From assembly GCF_964355755.1 (NCBI RefSeq), contig NC_092675.1, forward strand, positions 6,133,812 to 6,197,811: a stretch of 64,000 nt of DNA. Direction: 5' to 3'. Source of the stretch: Antedon mediterranea. Lineage: Eukaryota > Animalia > Echinodermata. A program made the position numbers and the translations under genes. Positions 1 through 12,839 of the stretch are shown piece by piece (the stretch's first letter is position 1; each line of letters starts with the position of its first letter). The notes below the pieces were generated by a model. That model saw nothing but the letters and a program-made list of their open reading frames with translations, did no database searches and was not told the DNA's origin.

Positions 1-230
1 CTATTTTTTGTTCATACGCATCCAACAGCGAGAAACTCTGGATGGATAAACTATTTTATAATTTATCGAGATCAGGCTGTTTATAATAATACTGTATATA
101 ATTATAAGCACAATATGAATATTCTATGAGAATTTCAACAATTCTTTTCTTGAGTAAAAGGTAGACAACTTAAAATAGAGTTGTTAAACATTGTCAATCT
201 TGTATTTTTATGGATTGTTAATAGCCTCAC

Positions 231-3200
231 CTATTGTTTCCACATTAGCACCATAACCACAATCACTACATGTATAAATGTCATCTTCTCCTAGCGTTGA
301 TAAGAAATGATACTCATGAGAAGTACTGCCACCAATTTCCCCTGTAGCACCTTGCACTAAGAAATCAATCAAAAAAGATTGAAAAGAAATTGCTTTAAAT
401 CTTTCTTTTTTTTTTTTATTAAATCGAAACCAACAGCATTATATACCACCACTAACAGGTTTGATACAAACAAAGTCAGGACTGTTTAAAGCACCTTGAT
501 TGGTCCTAACATTGACAAGGGCTTCTCTCGTCCAGCGCCCACCTTGACCAGAGGAAAGGCATAAGCCAATACGTCTGAGGCAGATACTAGATGCAGGGGC
601 TGCCATAAGAGTCAGCAGTGCTGATTTCAAATGCCTAACGGGACCCCAGCTCCATATGCAGCACCTGATATTCCCAGATGGGACATTGAATGTCTTTATG
701 AGAGTATAAGACAAAAGAAAAGACAAATAAATATTTGTTTGCTGTAAATTTAAACCATTCTAAAAGACAATAATAAGCTTTCGCATTGGGAAAAAGTCTG
801 AGAGAATACTTGTTGTAAGCCTTATACTATATTACCTTTTACATACTGTACGTTTAATTTATCAAACAGTCTTGCATAAGCCTCACAAACTGATTCATAA
901 GTTAACATAGCACTTTCAACTGATGTATCAAATGTGTAAAGATCTAAAAATAGAAATATACTATTGTAATTTAAAATAAGATAAGATATTTTTTTGGAAT
1001 AGTGGTTTCAAATACTTGAGCTCATCAACACTATGTTTTTCCCCTCCCTCTTCTAATGATCAAAATATTCAACTGACATATCAAACATGTAAAGATCTAA
1101 ATATAGAAATATACCTCTGTAATTTTGGAATAGTACTTTCAAACACTTTCAAATAAGATAAACCCACTGATTTCTACTTAAAACTTAAAACAAAAACATT
1201 TACCTTTCATTAGAAATTCTCTTGTTCTTAGTAAGCCAAACCTTGGTCTCTGTTCATCTCTGAACTTTTGAGAGATCTGAGAATAGATATGACAATTAAA
1301 ACACAGTACAATTTTCAATTCAACTTTATTTCAGACAAACGAAATTTATAAACACATTAAAAAAAGAGAAAGGAATACAAAGCATTATGTGACAACCATA
1401 ATAGAGAGAGGACCAAGAATTATGAGAAGAATTATTATTATTAATATATAAACTAGTAATCATTTCAGGCAGGAAAATATTTCATTTTCATACCTTTCTG
1501 TCAATACAAAATCCAATTTATAAAGTCATAAAAGTGTAAGTTAGTTCACGAATGAATTACCTGGTAAAGTCTTATTGGAAGATTTCTATATGACAGGTTA
1601 ATATCTGCAGCAACAAGACTGGTAATGGCCTCTTCGTGTGTCTGAAAATAAAGATAATTGTTAAACAATAAAATAACCATATATCCTCTGGTATAATCCC
1701 ACCCCCTAGAACACAACATCGAGCTGACTTTGGGGGTGGGACTATACCTAGGGAAACCTCGGTTCAGGGAAAAAAATTATTGGTAAGCATTTGTTTGTAA
1801 AAACTACATCCAGACATAATTTCATTAAACATCCACATACAGTACAACTCTTCTTAACAATTTTTTTCAATCTTCTATCAACTAAAAGTCCTAGTTAGTC
1901 ATGTCTCGGGTCACATTCTATGGTCACCGTACAGATAGGCTACTACATCAGTACTTCTATGAATGGATGACTAGTTGGTGACAAGAACGCTAGTTGGTCA
2001 TACCCAGTACCGTTTTGATTTTACGATCATTCGGGAAACCACCTCACGACGGAATATGCCTGTTTGTAAATGGATGATTCTAGACATTTAAACCTTTGTA
2101 CTTTTGACTAAATTAAAATTTAAGAGGAGAACGAAATACCAACAATAACTATAACAAACTTACTGGACTTAAACAATGTTCAACGCCATGACGATCTTTT
2201 AACTTATACAATTCAGTATCCATGATATCCCATCTATCTAGAAAAAAAATCAATCTGAATGAATAATAAAAAGTAGTATATTTTTTTTTATTAAATAAAA
2301 TTGTTGATTCTAGTTTATGAGTGTTTATTTTAAATTTATTTTAAAATACAATTTTAAAAACCATGTTGATAACCAATAGATGTACTGATTATGTTTATAT
2401 AACATAGTATAAAACTGACTCCAAATAACGAGAGCAAAGCATCTACTTCAAATGTTGTTATGATCTAAATGTACAGCACATCTTCCCTATATCCTTAAGC
2501 TCTGTCTACACTATAAAACTTTATGTGACAAAAAAATGTGATGTGCCAATATCAGTGTTCTCCCAATATACAAGATACAAGATACAAGATAACTTTATTG
2601 TCAAAATTGTTTACAATTTCGAGATATGTTTTGTACCTGAGTAGAATAAATAATACGATGTGATAACAATATAAAATACAAATGATACAAGTGACTATCT
2701 TGAAAAGTTTTTGTTAAATAAATTGCATGCTATGTACATTGGTGAAAATCTGAAACGGTTTGTGGATATTTTTTCCTGTGTCAGTCTAACCCTTCCTGAT
2801 CTACTTATAATGTCTGAATGTAATGGGTGTGATAGGTCTTGCATAATTGTGTCAAATTTCTTAAGTATGAATATATTAAACATTTCATCTAAAGATTTCA
2901 CTTCTACACCGATAACTCTGCTGGCCTTGTTTACTAATCTCTGAATTTGACTTTTACTGTTTACATTGATATGAGAAAACCAAACAATAATACAATAAGG
3001 AATGATTGATTGAACAACAGAGGAATAAAACATATGAATGAGATGATAACTAACATTAAACCGTTTCATTTTGTATAAAGTACATTCTCTTATTAGCCTT
3101 GGTACGGAGTTCTTTAGTGTTGCTCTCCCAATTTAGTTTATTATCAATTATTAATCCCAAGTACTTATGACTTTCTACTATTTCAACTATTTCATTATCG

Positions 3201-4561
3201 ATTTCAATATTTACATGATTAGTTTTATTTTTCCTTCTAAAATCGACAATAACCTCTTTAGTTTTTTTGGCATTTAGTTCAAGAAAATTTTGTTTACACC
3301 AGACTACAAAATGTTCAACATATTCATTAAACAGGGATGTATCATTATTTGAAATTAAACCAACTAGGCAAGTATCATCTGCAAACTTAACATTGAATGA
3401 TTTACTTGGGTCAATATCATTATAAAAATCAGAATACTGTATAATGAAAAAAGTAAGGGTGAGAGAACGCATCCCTGTGGTGCACCTGTATTACAAGTTA
3501 ACTGCTTAGATACGCTACCCCTAAACTTAACAATCTGTGTTCTTTCATTTAAGAATTTACTTTTCATACACAATTTGTTATACCGGTTGGAGCCAATTTA
3601 GTCCGGCAAATGTTGCTGGCAAAACCTGCTTCAAGAGAACACTGCATATGTAGACATATTGATGTCATATCACTATCATATTTGGTCATATCACTACCAC
3701 ACAGTATATGGGCACATCACACTTTATTTGTCAAAATAGTTTGATAGTGTAGACAGAGCATTATACTCTATAGCCCTCGACACTATATTAAAAATAAACT
3801 AACTAGATTTCTTCCAAAGACCTGCTGCCCCAAGAGTTGGCATCACCATCTTCTGTGCCCCTACCATCGCCATTTGTTCATCAATTAATTTGGTCAATTT
3901 CTCTACTGCTCTCCATGCAAATGGAAGGATGTGATAGGTTCCTGGTCCAGCATGTTTCATTAATCCCATTTCTATCATTAACTGTAAAATTAGAATACAT
4001 TTTGTGTTAATATCTTATAATAGTTTGACAAAAAGTAGGTGCCCAAATATAGTAGTGATATGCCCAAATATGGTAGTGATATCCCCAAATATGGTAGTGA
4101 TATAACATCATAAGCACTTCACATTTTTTTTGTCACATAAATATTGATAGTGTAAACAGAGCAATTTTTATGTACACAGGACCAACGGCTTTAAGTCCCA
4201 TCCAAAGGATAAGTTAATGAGTGTAAAGTATCTTGCCTAAGGATACAAGCACTAGAGCACTTAGGTGCTACAGTATGTACCTGTAATACCAAAATAAATT
4301 GGGATGTGTGGTATGAGAAAATTATACTTGATATTTGAGATGCTGAAATAAAAATGAGACAGATATAACACACATAATACTGACCCTCTGACTGTTACAC
4401 AATTTATCATTTTTTGGAGCATCTTTTGGATGTATTACAGTTGGTAAAAAAAGCTTTGAGAGACAGAGGCGATTATCAAATGATATGGATCTTGTTTGCT
4501 GTAAAAATAGTCTGTTTACTTGCTCTGAATACAGCCGCAAGGTTAGTGGTGTTACCATCAT
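231..4561 (-). CDS. PARS2: Mitochondrial prolyl-tRNA synthetase, 5' part (7 coding exons; continues beyond the window start)
   Basis: Exons 4561-4385, 3981-3804, 2237-2164, 1641-1561, 1276-1204, 943-836 and 356-231 all have GT-AG boundaries with consistent phases. Translation gives class II ProRS motifs: [69 protein letters not shown] and [11 protein letters not shown]. The N-terminus looks like a mitochondrial presequence. A probable 5'UTR exon has its donor at 5099. Confidence 0.95.
405..683 (-). mobile_element. 5'-truncated 5S rRNA-derived SINE (SINE3-type)
   Basis: The minus strand begins with a 5S 3' end (CCATCTGGGAATATCAGGTGCTG), followed by a body shared with the copy at 36862-37103, and ends in AATAAA plus an A-rich tail. 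Confidence 0.7.
2498..3760. mobile_element. MITE family A copy, interrupted by a CAGTGTTCTC-TIR element (2553-3644) that itself contains the LINE fragment
   Basis: TIRs AGCTCTGTCTACACTAT...ATAGTGTAGACAGAGC. The inner inverted 10-mers are CAGTGTTCTC (2553) and GAGAACACTG (3635-3644). Confidence 0.75.
2568..3575 (-). mobile_element. 5'-truncated, frameshifted non-LTR retrotransposon (Rex1/Babar-like RT C-terminus)
   Basis: Three overlapping ORF pieces give [66 protein letters not shown] and [13 protein letters not shown]. The 3' end has AATAAA and a (TATCTTG)n tail at 2568-2600. Confidence 0.88.
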
Positions 4562-5099
4562 TGCTATATAGAAAAATAAAACATATAATAATTAATATTA
4601 ATCAATAGACTGTACAGTATGTTGGTATAAAGTTTGAGGTACAACACATGGTTGGTGTACCGCAAACAGCGTAATATATTTAGTACTCATGTCGCATAAT
4701 CAGTGCACCACTATATACTTTATACAGCAGCTGGCTAATATTAAATAGAAGAACATGTTAAGCTAGCTGGCTATATTCTAGTCAAACTATACATACAGTT
4801 TATAGTACTACAATTAACTAGTACAGTCTCAGATACTACTAATAATAATACTAGGCCTAGTTAGTTACTACTAACTGGCAGGGCTCTAGAAGAATACCGC
4901 TGAACTGTAAGTGGTGTATTAATCTAGTCTTCTATGTCTAGATATTAGTCTAACAAGTTAATAATTTACATCAACTATCTAGATTTGTTTTTATACCGGA
5001 ATATTTTGGTAAACTTGAGTGAGACGTTATCCCTGTTGTTATTTACTATGTTACTACATGTGGTTTGAACAGTAAAACAGATCCACGTGGTGTACTTAC

Positions 5100-5824
5100 A
5101 CCTTGCAATACTTATAGCTGATTGGTTGACGTTGGACATACAATAGATCTGTTATTGTGGTAGTCAAAAATGAAAACACACTGATGCAATTTTCAATTTT
5201 CCCGACAAGATTGTTGGTTTTATGAGTCGGAGTATGAGGGTAAAATAAAGTTAATATTCATATTGACATATGTCAAGCTAATTGTAGTCAATAATTAATT
5301 TAAAAACTAGTGAAATATTGATTTTTAATTACTTAAGGGTGTGCCAGGTTAGGTTGTGACAACCAGCTGGTAGGGTAGGCATTGCACTGGTGGGGGTATG
5401 GTTGGTTATCTGGTCGTTTCGGTCGCCAGTCATTTGACGACCGCTGCTTACGAAACACCAACATTTATGATGCGCCATTCTCGTCATAATAGCATAATGT
5501 ACTCACCATCAAGTTTATTGAGCACATGTGTTATTAGACCTACTTGTTTGCCAAAAGAAATAAAAGAAAAGTAAAGTAAAGAATGTGTCTTCGAATTATG
5601 ATCGGTTTTTAATTGGGAAATTGAATATTCAAGCATTTCTGGATTAATTACTGACAATAATGATAAGTGTGATGAACTGTTATTTTTATTATAATCCTGC
5701 TTCATTGATTTACTTTTGTACTATTTTATTGTATAAAAATTACTGTACTGTACTGAACTGTACTACTTTGAAATGGATGAATATAATATGATAATTTGAT
5801 GTAGTTTTTTTTTTCTTTCAGAAA
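5100..5824. promoter_or_regulatory. Probable bidirectional promoter and 5'UTR region between PARS2 and EIF2B2
   Basis: The two genes are divergent. A PARS2 5'UTR exon donor lies at 5099 (-) and an EIF2B2 acceptor at 5821 just before the ATG. A locally GC/CpG-richer patch spans ~5335-5485. Confidence 0.55.
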
Positions 5825-8800
5825 ATGCCTGTCACAGATTCACAAAGTGCTGAACTTGATGAAAGAATTGAAGCTTTTATTGCAAGTTTAAAACTTGGGT
5901 AATAATATAGTTGTTAATCCATTGATTGTTAAAGCCCAGCGAACACTAGAGCTATCGGCTGAACCAACTGGCACGAGTAACGCTTTGCTCACAGTGTGCG
6001 CAAGGGATTTTGTGAGGAATTGGCCACACATGCATGCGTATCATTTTCCTCAAGTGGGCGCCGAACGTGAGAAGATAGCTCACTAAAAAATTCCACTGCG
6101 CAATGTTCTGATTTATTATATGTCAGCACGTGCCGTATAGCGTAGTAAGTAATTATTCAATCAGAAAATTGTGTATGTTTAGTGTGCGTCCGATAGAATG
6201 CGATCAAAGTTTGCGGCAAATTTGTTAGTGAGCCAAGTGTTAGTCGTGCCAGATAGCTCAGTCGATAGCTCTAGTGTGTGCCGGGCTTTATAGAAATAGA
6301 ATCCCTTAATAGGAATTCTACTGTAACTTCATACTTTATAATATTCCTCTTTTAAATAGTATAGTATATTACAGATACATATTTCTGATAACATTTAGGC
6401 AAGTGGTTGGTTCATACGATGTAGCAAACAAAACAGTAAAGCTATTAAGACGTGTCGTCTCGCAAACCAGATGGAATCACGCCGGCGATCTGATGGATAG
6501 AATACGAAAGGAAGGCAAGAAGATGATGGCAGCTCAGCCGTCTGAGTCTGCTGTCGGAAATGTTGTCAGAAGAGTTTTAAAAATCATCCGTGAGGAACAT
6601 ACAGCGTAAGTGTGAACTGTGATCAATATTAGGATATTATTATATTGGATTGATAGCATGTTGAATAATAAAATGTATTGTTTATTTTGTTTGCAGGATT
6701 CAGGGAGCACGGGATGACACTGGAGACAATCAACAATCTTTACATGTAAGACATTTTCAAGTTTTCTTTTGTTCACGCTTTCAACTACAATACATGGAAA
6801 ACATAATTAAGTGCAATTTTCCAAAGATTTGATTCACATAGTGTTGGCTTTGACCTATCCAGGACAGTTCTTTAAAGTGTTCTATCCAGGACAGTTCTTG
6901 AAAGTGTTCTATCCAGGGTAGTTCCTGAGAAGTGTCCTATCCAGGGTAATTTCTGTAACTTGTCTTATCCAGGGTAATGCCTGAAATTTTGCATATCCAT
7001 GGTAATTTCTGAAACTTTGCATATCTAGGATAGTATCTGAAACTTTGCATATCGAGGGTAGTGTCTGAAACTTGGCTTATCCAGGGTAGTGTCTGAAACT
7101 TTGCATATCGAGGGTAGTGTCTGAAACTTGGCCTATCCAGGGTAGTGTCTGAAACTTGGCTTATCCAGGGTAGTGTCTGAAACTTAACATATCCAGGGTA
7201 ATGTCTGAAACTTGGCTTATCCAGTGTAATGTCTGAAACTTGGCCTATCCAGGGTAGTGTCTGAAACTTTGCATATCCAGGATAGTGTCTGAAATTTTGC
7301 ATATCCAGGATAGTGTCTAAAACTTAGCTTATCCGGGGTAGTGTCTGAAACTTGTCATATCCAGAGTAATTTCTAATTTCTAATTTCATAATATAATGAT
7401 TGACTCTGTATATGAATTTATTTCCATAGAAAATGTTATTAGCAGCAGGAAAATCAGATGATTTCCAGAAACCAAGTGTAAATTTGAAGGTAAGAACTTC
7501 TTCTATGCTAGTGTCTTAGGCCAATGCATTCTCTCTCTATCTGCATCATATGGAACAGAGTTGGTACTACCCTGCTTAATTGCACCTTCATAGGTTCAAC
7601 CTGATGCAACCTACACTCTGTACTAACAAACCAATAAGTTGTTATTTGTTTCTGTGATTAGGGTCGTGTTATTGAGAGCATCAATGAGTTTCTAACAGAA
7701 CTTGAGAGCAGTGCAGACAACATTGCGATACAAGCACTTGAGCATATCCACTCAAATGAAGTGATTATGACGGCTGGGAAATCAAGAACTGTTCAAGCAT
7801 TTCTTTTGGTAAAAAAACTATCAAGTTATTTTTTAAATAATCCATATACAGCGATGTAGCTATAGAAAGTTGAATAATAATAAGATAATAAAAGTCAATA
7901 CTGAGGAAGACCTGTCTTTATATTAGTTATCCATCTTATCTGAAGATGTACTAGATGTATGTAGTACAGTACTATAATATGTGATATCACTGATAAGTTG
8001 CAGTTGTTATTGTTGACCTATGACCTTTACTTTACCTTTATTACTGTACCAACAAAATTTTTTTTTTTTTCAGAATGCTGCCAGAAAAAGAAAATTCCAA
8101 GTTATAGTTGCAGAATGCGCTCCATCTTATCAGGTCAGCTTAAGGTCAATTCAGACAGCATCGTACGACGAGGAATATTAAGCATGTTTAAGGTATCAAA
8201 AACCCAAAAGCTATTCCTGACGCTTTTCAAGACGACTCGTCTGGCCTCGTCATACGATGATGTCTGTCACAATTATTACAATTTTATGACATAGTCTTTG
8301 ATAAAGTCAAATTTTCAGTCACATGATTTTTTAATTATCTGCAATGTCATATTAGACCATTGTAACAGTTACCCCTAATACCATGTTTTATAGGGTCAAG
8401 AACTTGCAGTAAACCTTGCAAAGGCTGGAATAGAGACTACTGTGATTACTGACTCAGCTGTATTTGCTATGATGTCAAGGGTCAATAAGGTCATCATTGG
8501 AACACACACAGTCATGGCAAATGGCGGGTTAGTAGATAAAACTTTCTGTTTTTTCTTTAGTCTTTTTTTTAAAGCTATTTAATTAAATTACATTACTACA
8601 ACTTATACATGCATTCCATCGTTTATTTAAATTTAATGACTGAAGTACTGTTAATAAACTGCATTAAAACTTTAGTATAGTAGTATAAGATCCCTTGGTT
8701 TGCTCGGAAAATTGTGTATTTTTATTACACTGGTACATGGACTTAATTTATTTATTTATACTATACCTCAACACCAGTGTAATAAATACATTTAACTTGT

Positions 8801-10285
8801 AAAATCATCCTCTTAGTCTTAATCAATGTGAATACATATTTATGACAATGTGAAGGTTAAAGTTTAAATGTCCTTTATTTTAGGTTAAAAGCTGTCAATG
8901 GAAGCCATGCTATAGCATTAGCAGCTAAACACCATTCTGTTCCTGTAAGTATAGTAATAGTCGAACATCTATAATAATCTTGTATAAATCTATACAAACA
9001 CCTGTTATGGAGTTAGGCCTATTTACTAGCAGTTTCACTTGTTAAGTATAAATGTATATTTCGGTATCTTTTATTCATCAAAAAGTATATACAATAAAAA
9101 CATAAAACAATTCATGGCAGTATAAACTGAATTGCGAACTGAGTAGTTAAATACATTATACAAAATATACAGAATTAAACAAAATGAGCAATATGAAGAT
9201 TAATACAATAGTTAAGTTATGGTACATAGTCAATTAATTAGTAGAAAAATATCTTTAAAAGTATAACATGTAAGTCAACCAATTTTGTTTCAAATGCATC
9301 ATTTTCATATTTCAGCTGATCGTCTGCGCACCAATGTTCAAGCTATCTCCAGAATACCTATGCTCGCATGACCAGGTAACTATTAAATGTTTTTAATTAA
9401 AAAAAAGCAAGCCCATAGCCTTGCAAAAACTCCCCCACCTCTTTTCCTAAAGTGCCCTTTTTAAACTACAGACCAGAAATGGAAGTGATGGTTAATATTA
9501 ATAAGATAGCCCTTTTCGTGCAAAAAATTAAACCCTTATAAAATTGAATTAAGGATTGCTGTTGATTTCTGGATTTGAGAAAAGCAGTTTCGCCATGACT
9601 TTTTCAAATTTATTATTGTACCACTGTTGTATTTTTAATTATGTTGTTTTTAGAATGGTTTTAACAAGTTTGAATCGCCGCATGATGTAATGAAATTTGC
9701 CGATTCAGATGTACTTTCACAAGCACAGGTTTATAACCCAGCTTTTGATTATGTGCCACCTGATCTTGTCACACTCTATATATCAAATATGTAAGTTTTA
9801 TACATTATTAAAGCTTGGTTCCCACTAGGACGCAACGCAAGGGCATAACGGAATGCAAAGTGATTTGACCAATCTCAAGCGATAGATTATTCAAACAGTT
9901 GTATGTCATTGGCTTGCGTTGGGTCTACGTCCTAGTGGGAACCAAGCTTATCATTTTTTGTCATCATTTTTTGTCGCGTATCTGTATGATATATGTATCT
10001 TTCAATAAATTTGACCAAGTTAGCCATCCTATGTGGTATGGTTAGCTTACTGAAAATAAATCTTATGCTATTGAGAGTAAGAGTTCAAAAGCGTGCTCTT
10101 GTTCTTCTCAAGGACGGGTTGTGATCGCAGGTCTTCCATCGCTCTTGATGAAGGGGGTTTGTAGTTTTGACTTTCTGTGTGATTTTCTTTACAATATTTA
10201 TTCTTTTTCTAGTGGTGGTAATGCTCCTTCATATGTTTATCGGTTGCTTAGTGAACTCTACCATGCAGATGATCATGACCTTTGA
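5825..10285 (+). CDS. EIF2B2: Translation initiation factor eIF2B subunit beta (11 coding exons, ~353 aa)
   Basis: Exons 5825-5898, 6399-6605, 6697-6745, 7430-7489, 7662-7808, 8074-8133, 8394-8527, 8884-8944, 9316-9375, 9654-9790 and 10213-10285 total 1062 nt in frame. Motifs: [54 protein letters not shown] and [33 protein letters not shown]. Confidence 0.96.
5933..6287. mobile_element. MITE with ~30-bp TIRs in EIF2B2 intron 1
   Basis: taa|AGCCCAGCGAACACTAGAGCTATCGGCTGA ... TCAGTCGATAGCTCTAGTGTGTGCCGGGCT|tta. Confidence 0.75.
6855..7372. repeat. 28-bp minisatellite (~18 diverged copies) in EIF2B2 intron 3
   Basis: Unit ATCCAGGGTAGTGTCTGAAACTTGGCTT, with the variant ...ACTTTGCAT. Confidence 0.9.
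9812..9948. mobile_element. MITE family B (TIR AGCTTGGTTCCCACTAG)
   Basis: AGCTTGGTTCCCACTAGGACG ... CGTCCTAGTGGGAACCAAGCT. Same family at 31684-31917 and 42855-43033, with a degenerate copy at 15219-15331. Confidence 0.8.
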
Positions 10286-12839
10286 CATGATCAGATGACA
10301 TCATTGTCTGGATTGATAACATACATGATTGAACAAAATGTGCACAGTGAATAAGAAAGCACTAGTGAGATGAGAATAATGGGCATATTCTACTCCAAGA
10401 AGATTGTCACATTATGCATCACTTAACATGACCATCTGTGGTTGGAATAGGACTGCATGGTTGACTGCACACACATTTTCTTAAACCAACTATTGTTGCA
10501 GCTGAGAATAAAAACCTCTAAATTTATAATTCTCATGTTGTTCTGAAGTAATTTTCCAAATGGTGGTGCGATTGAGCTGAAAATAGATGAGTTAATATAA
10601 TAATTATTCGGTAATCATAGAACTTGAAGGTCACTGATTGGTGTTACTATTAACACATTATCAGTGGTCAGTTAAAACATGCCAATCAGTGACTGATAAC
10701 AATCTTTGTTAGTGTACGTGTCTGCGTGCAAATAGTCCTGGGCTTGATGTTTGCTTTTACTAATATCGAAAGTAACTTGCAGCAATGTTGGAAATAATAG
10801 TACGTAAATAAATGCATCATTTTACTTTCTTTGTCATAACATTTATTCTAGTAGTACAGTATGATGGCCGTTGAAAGACTGATTTGTGGACTTGTTTGGT
10901 TTGTGTTATACTATGTTTTTTTTTTCTTTGATAAAGTTTTTTAAATATTTATGTCAACTTCATCACTGTTTACTGGATGCAATAAAGGAAATAAATAAAA
11001 TAAAATAAATAAATACTATCAGAAATGCAATTAAAAACATTTCAGCAGGGTAGAAAACAAGTCTTCAGTATGTTCACTGAAAAAAACTTGCGGTGGTCGA
11101 CATGTCTGGTTTTCTTGCATTCTCATACCAGCAACAGGTCCAAAACATAACACTAAAATTTAACCTAGACCCACTAATCTCACTATAGTACAGTATCACA
11201 TATAAGATTGCCAAATGTTTGTTTGTTGCTAGCCCAGAAGGTAGTGCTCAGCCTCTTAAATTTATGAAGCTTCCGAGATCATATTAGAATTATACATGGC
11301 TAGGTCACAAGTACACATCCTTAGCAGGGAGGTATAACAATTTATACCTCCCTGTCTTCAGGTTAAAAAATTTCAATTTTCCTCTCACTGAGGAATATTC
11401 ACGAAAGATCAACGAAAGAGACATCCAGTACTGGTTAAAACTGTAATCCATCTGCAATGACCTTAGCATTTCTGGTTCAGAAAGCAATTAGATCGAGTTT
11501 TCAAAGTTGACTATAAAACAATGACAACATTTTGAGTCACATGGAAAAGATTTATTAACAAAAGAAGCACAGCATGGTGGCATTATGTCTATCTGCTGTA
11601 GATATGAACAGAACAGTTTATATATATAAAGAAATTCAAATTATGTTTTGAAATGTGGCAACTAATCCATAAGATTCTTCCGTTAAAGTTCAAACCAATA
11701 TTCTTTTGTGCATATTTTTCAAATTTTATAATTTTTTTTCTTGGTTTCATTTCTTATTCAACCCAAGGTTTACTAAACTCTTATTTCAGATAAAATTGGT
11801 ACAAAAAAAAGAAGTTGAATTTTATTTGAAATCCGATTTTGAACAATATAACAATTGTTATACTTGTAGAATATAAAGAAATTCTAAAAAATGAAAATTC
11901 ATTTTTAATAATTAATATTATTGAGAGCATTAAGGTTCATAATCCAAGCTTTACTTTGTATAGTCTAAGATCAGCATAGGGCCCTACATTTTGACTCAAT
12001 AAATACTTAAGCACAAAAGTCAGGCTTATCAACAATCTTATTTGTATCTGATTAGGCTAGTTTTTTTTCATTCTGCTGCACTCAACGCTAATCCTATATT
12101 AAACATTGTAGGTTGAAGCCAAGTACTGGATTAGGGCCAAATTACAGGAAACAGATCGCCCAAATGGATGATGAATATATACTGGAAGGAAACTATTTGA
12201 AATATTTGTATTAAATTAACTGGTAACTACATTTATCATATTATTGGTCTACAGTATTACATACTTTCCTTTATAAACGAAGTACTGCCTATGAATGTAT
12301 TCGGTTTAAACTGTCGGAACAGAAATTTCAATTACCGCTTCAACTCACTTACATGTACTTTTAAAATGTTTGCAATTTAAATAAAATTCTTATTTTCCAC
12401 ACATTTCTTTATAAATTTACAACAGTGTTTAGACATTAAGGCGCTACCTTACTTTAAAAGATGTAATAATATTACAGACATCACATAAGCTATCCTCAAT
12501 CTCCTTTAGGAGAATTACGGACTATTATAATTCCTTACGGATTACAAGAAATAAAAATCATATCCGAGTACTTAAATATAATTTTTTTCTTTGTGAAGCG
12601 CCAATAATTTCCACGGTTATTGATATCTACATGTTTGTTTCTTTTTAAACCATGAGACGTTCTAAAATACCACATACACTTATTTCTATGTTAGAAAACT
12701 TAATTTAAAATTGGCCGATGTTTGAACACCAGAAGTGACTTTTCGCATTGCTTTTGACAACACGAAATCACGCAAACAGTTTTGTTGCTGCTTTCAAATA
12801 GTTACTACTCACTTTTCATGGGGTTTAAAATTTGATAAC

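Noticed and set aside
439-726. 95-aa ORF and other short ORFs in the track (e.g. 5895, 27783, 38969, 45484, 56039, 58173-58656, 62144, 63492-63702)
   Set aside because: They lie within SINEs, MITEs or AT-rich non-coding DNA and show no recognisable protein motifs or splice context.
6937-7302. Repetitive ORFs here and at 20342-20692 and 51092-51290
   Set aside because: They are translations of 28-, 21- and 16/18-bp intronic minisatellites.
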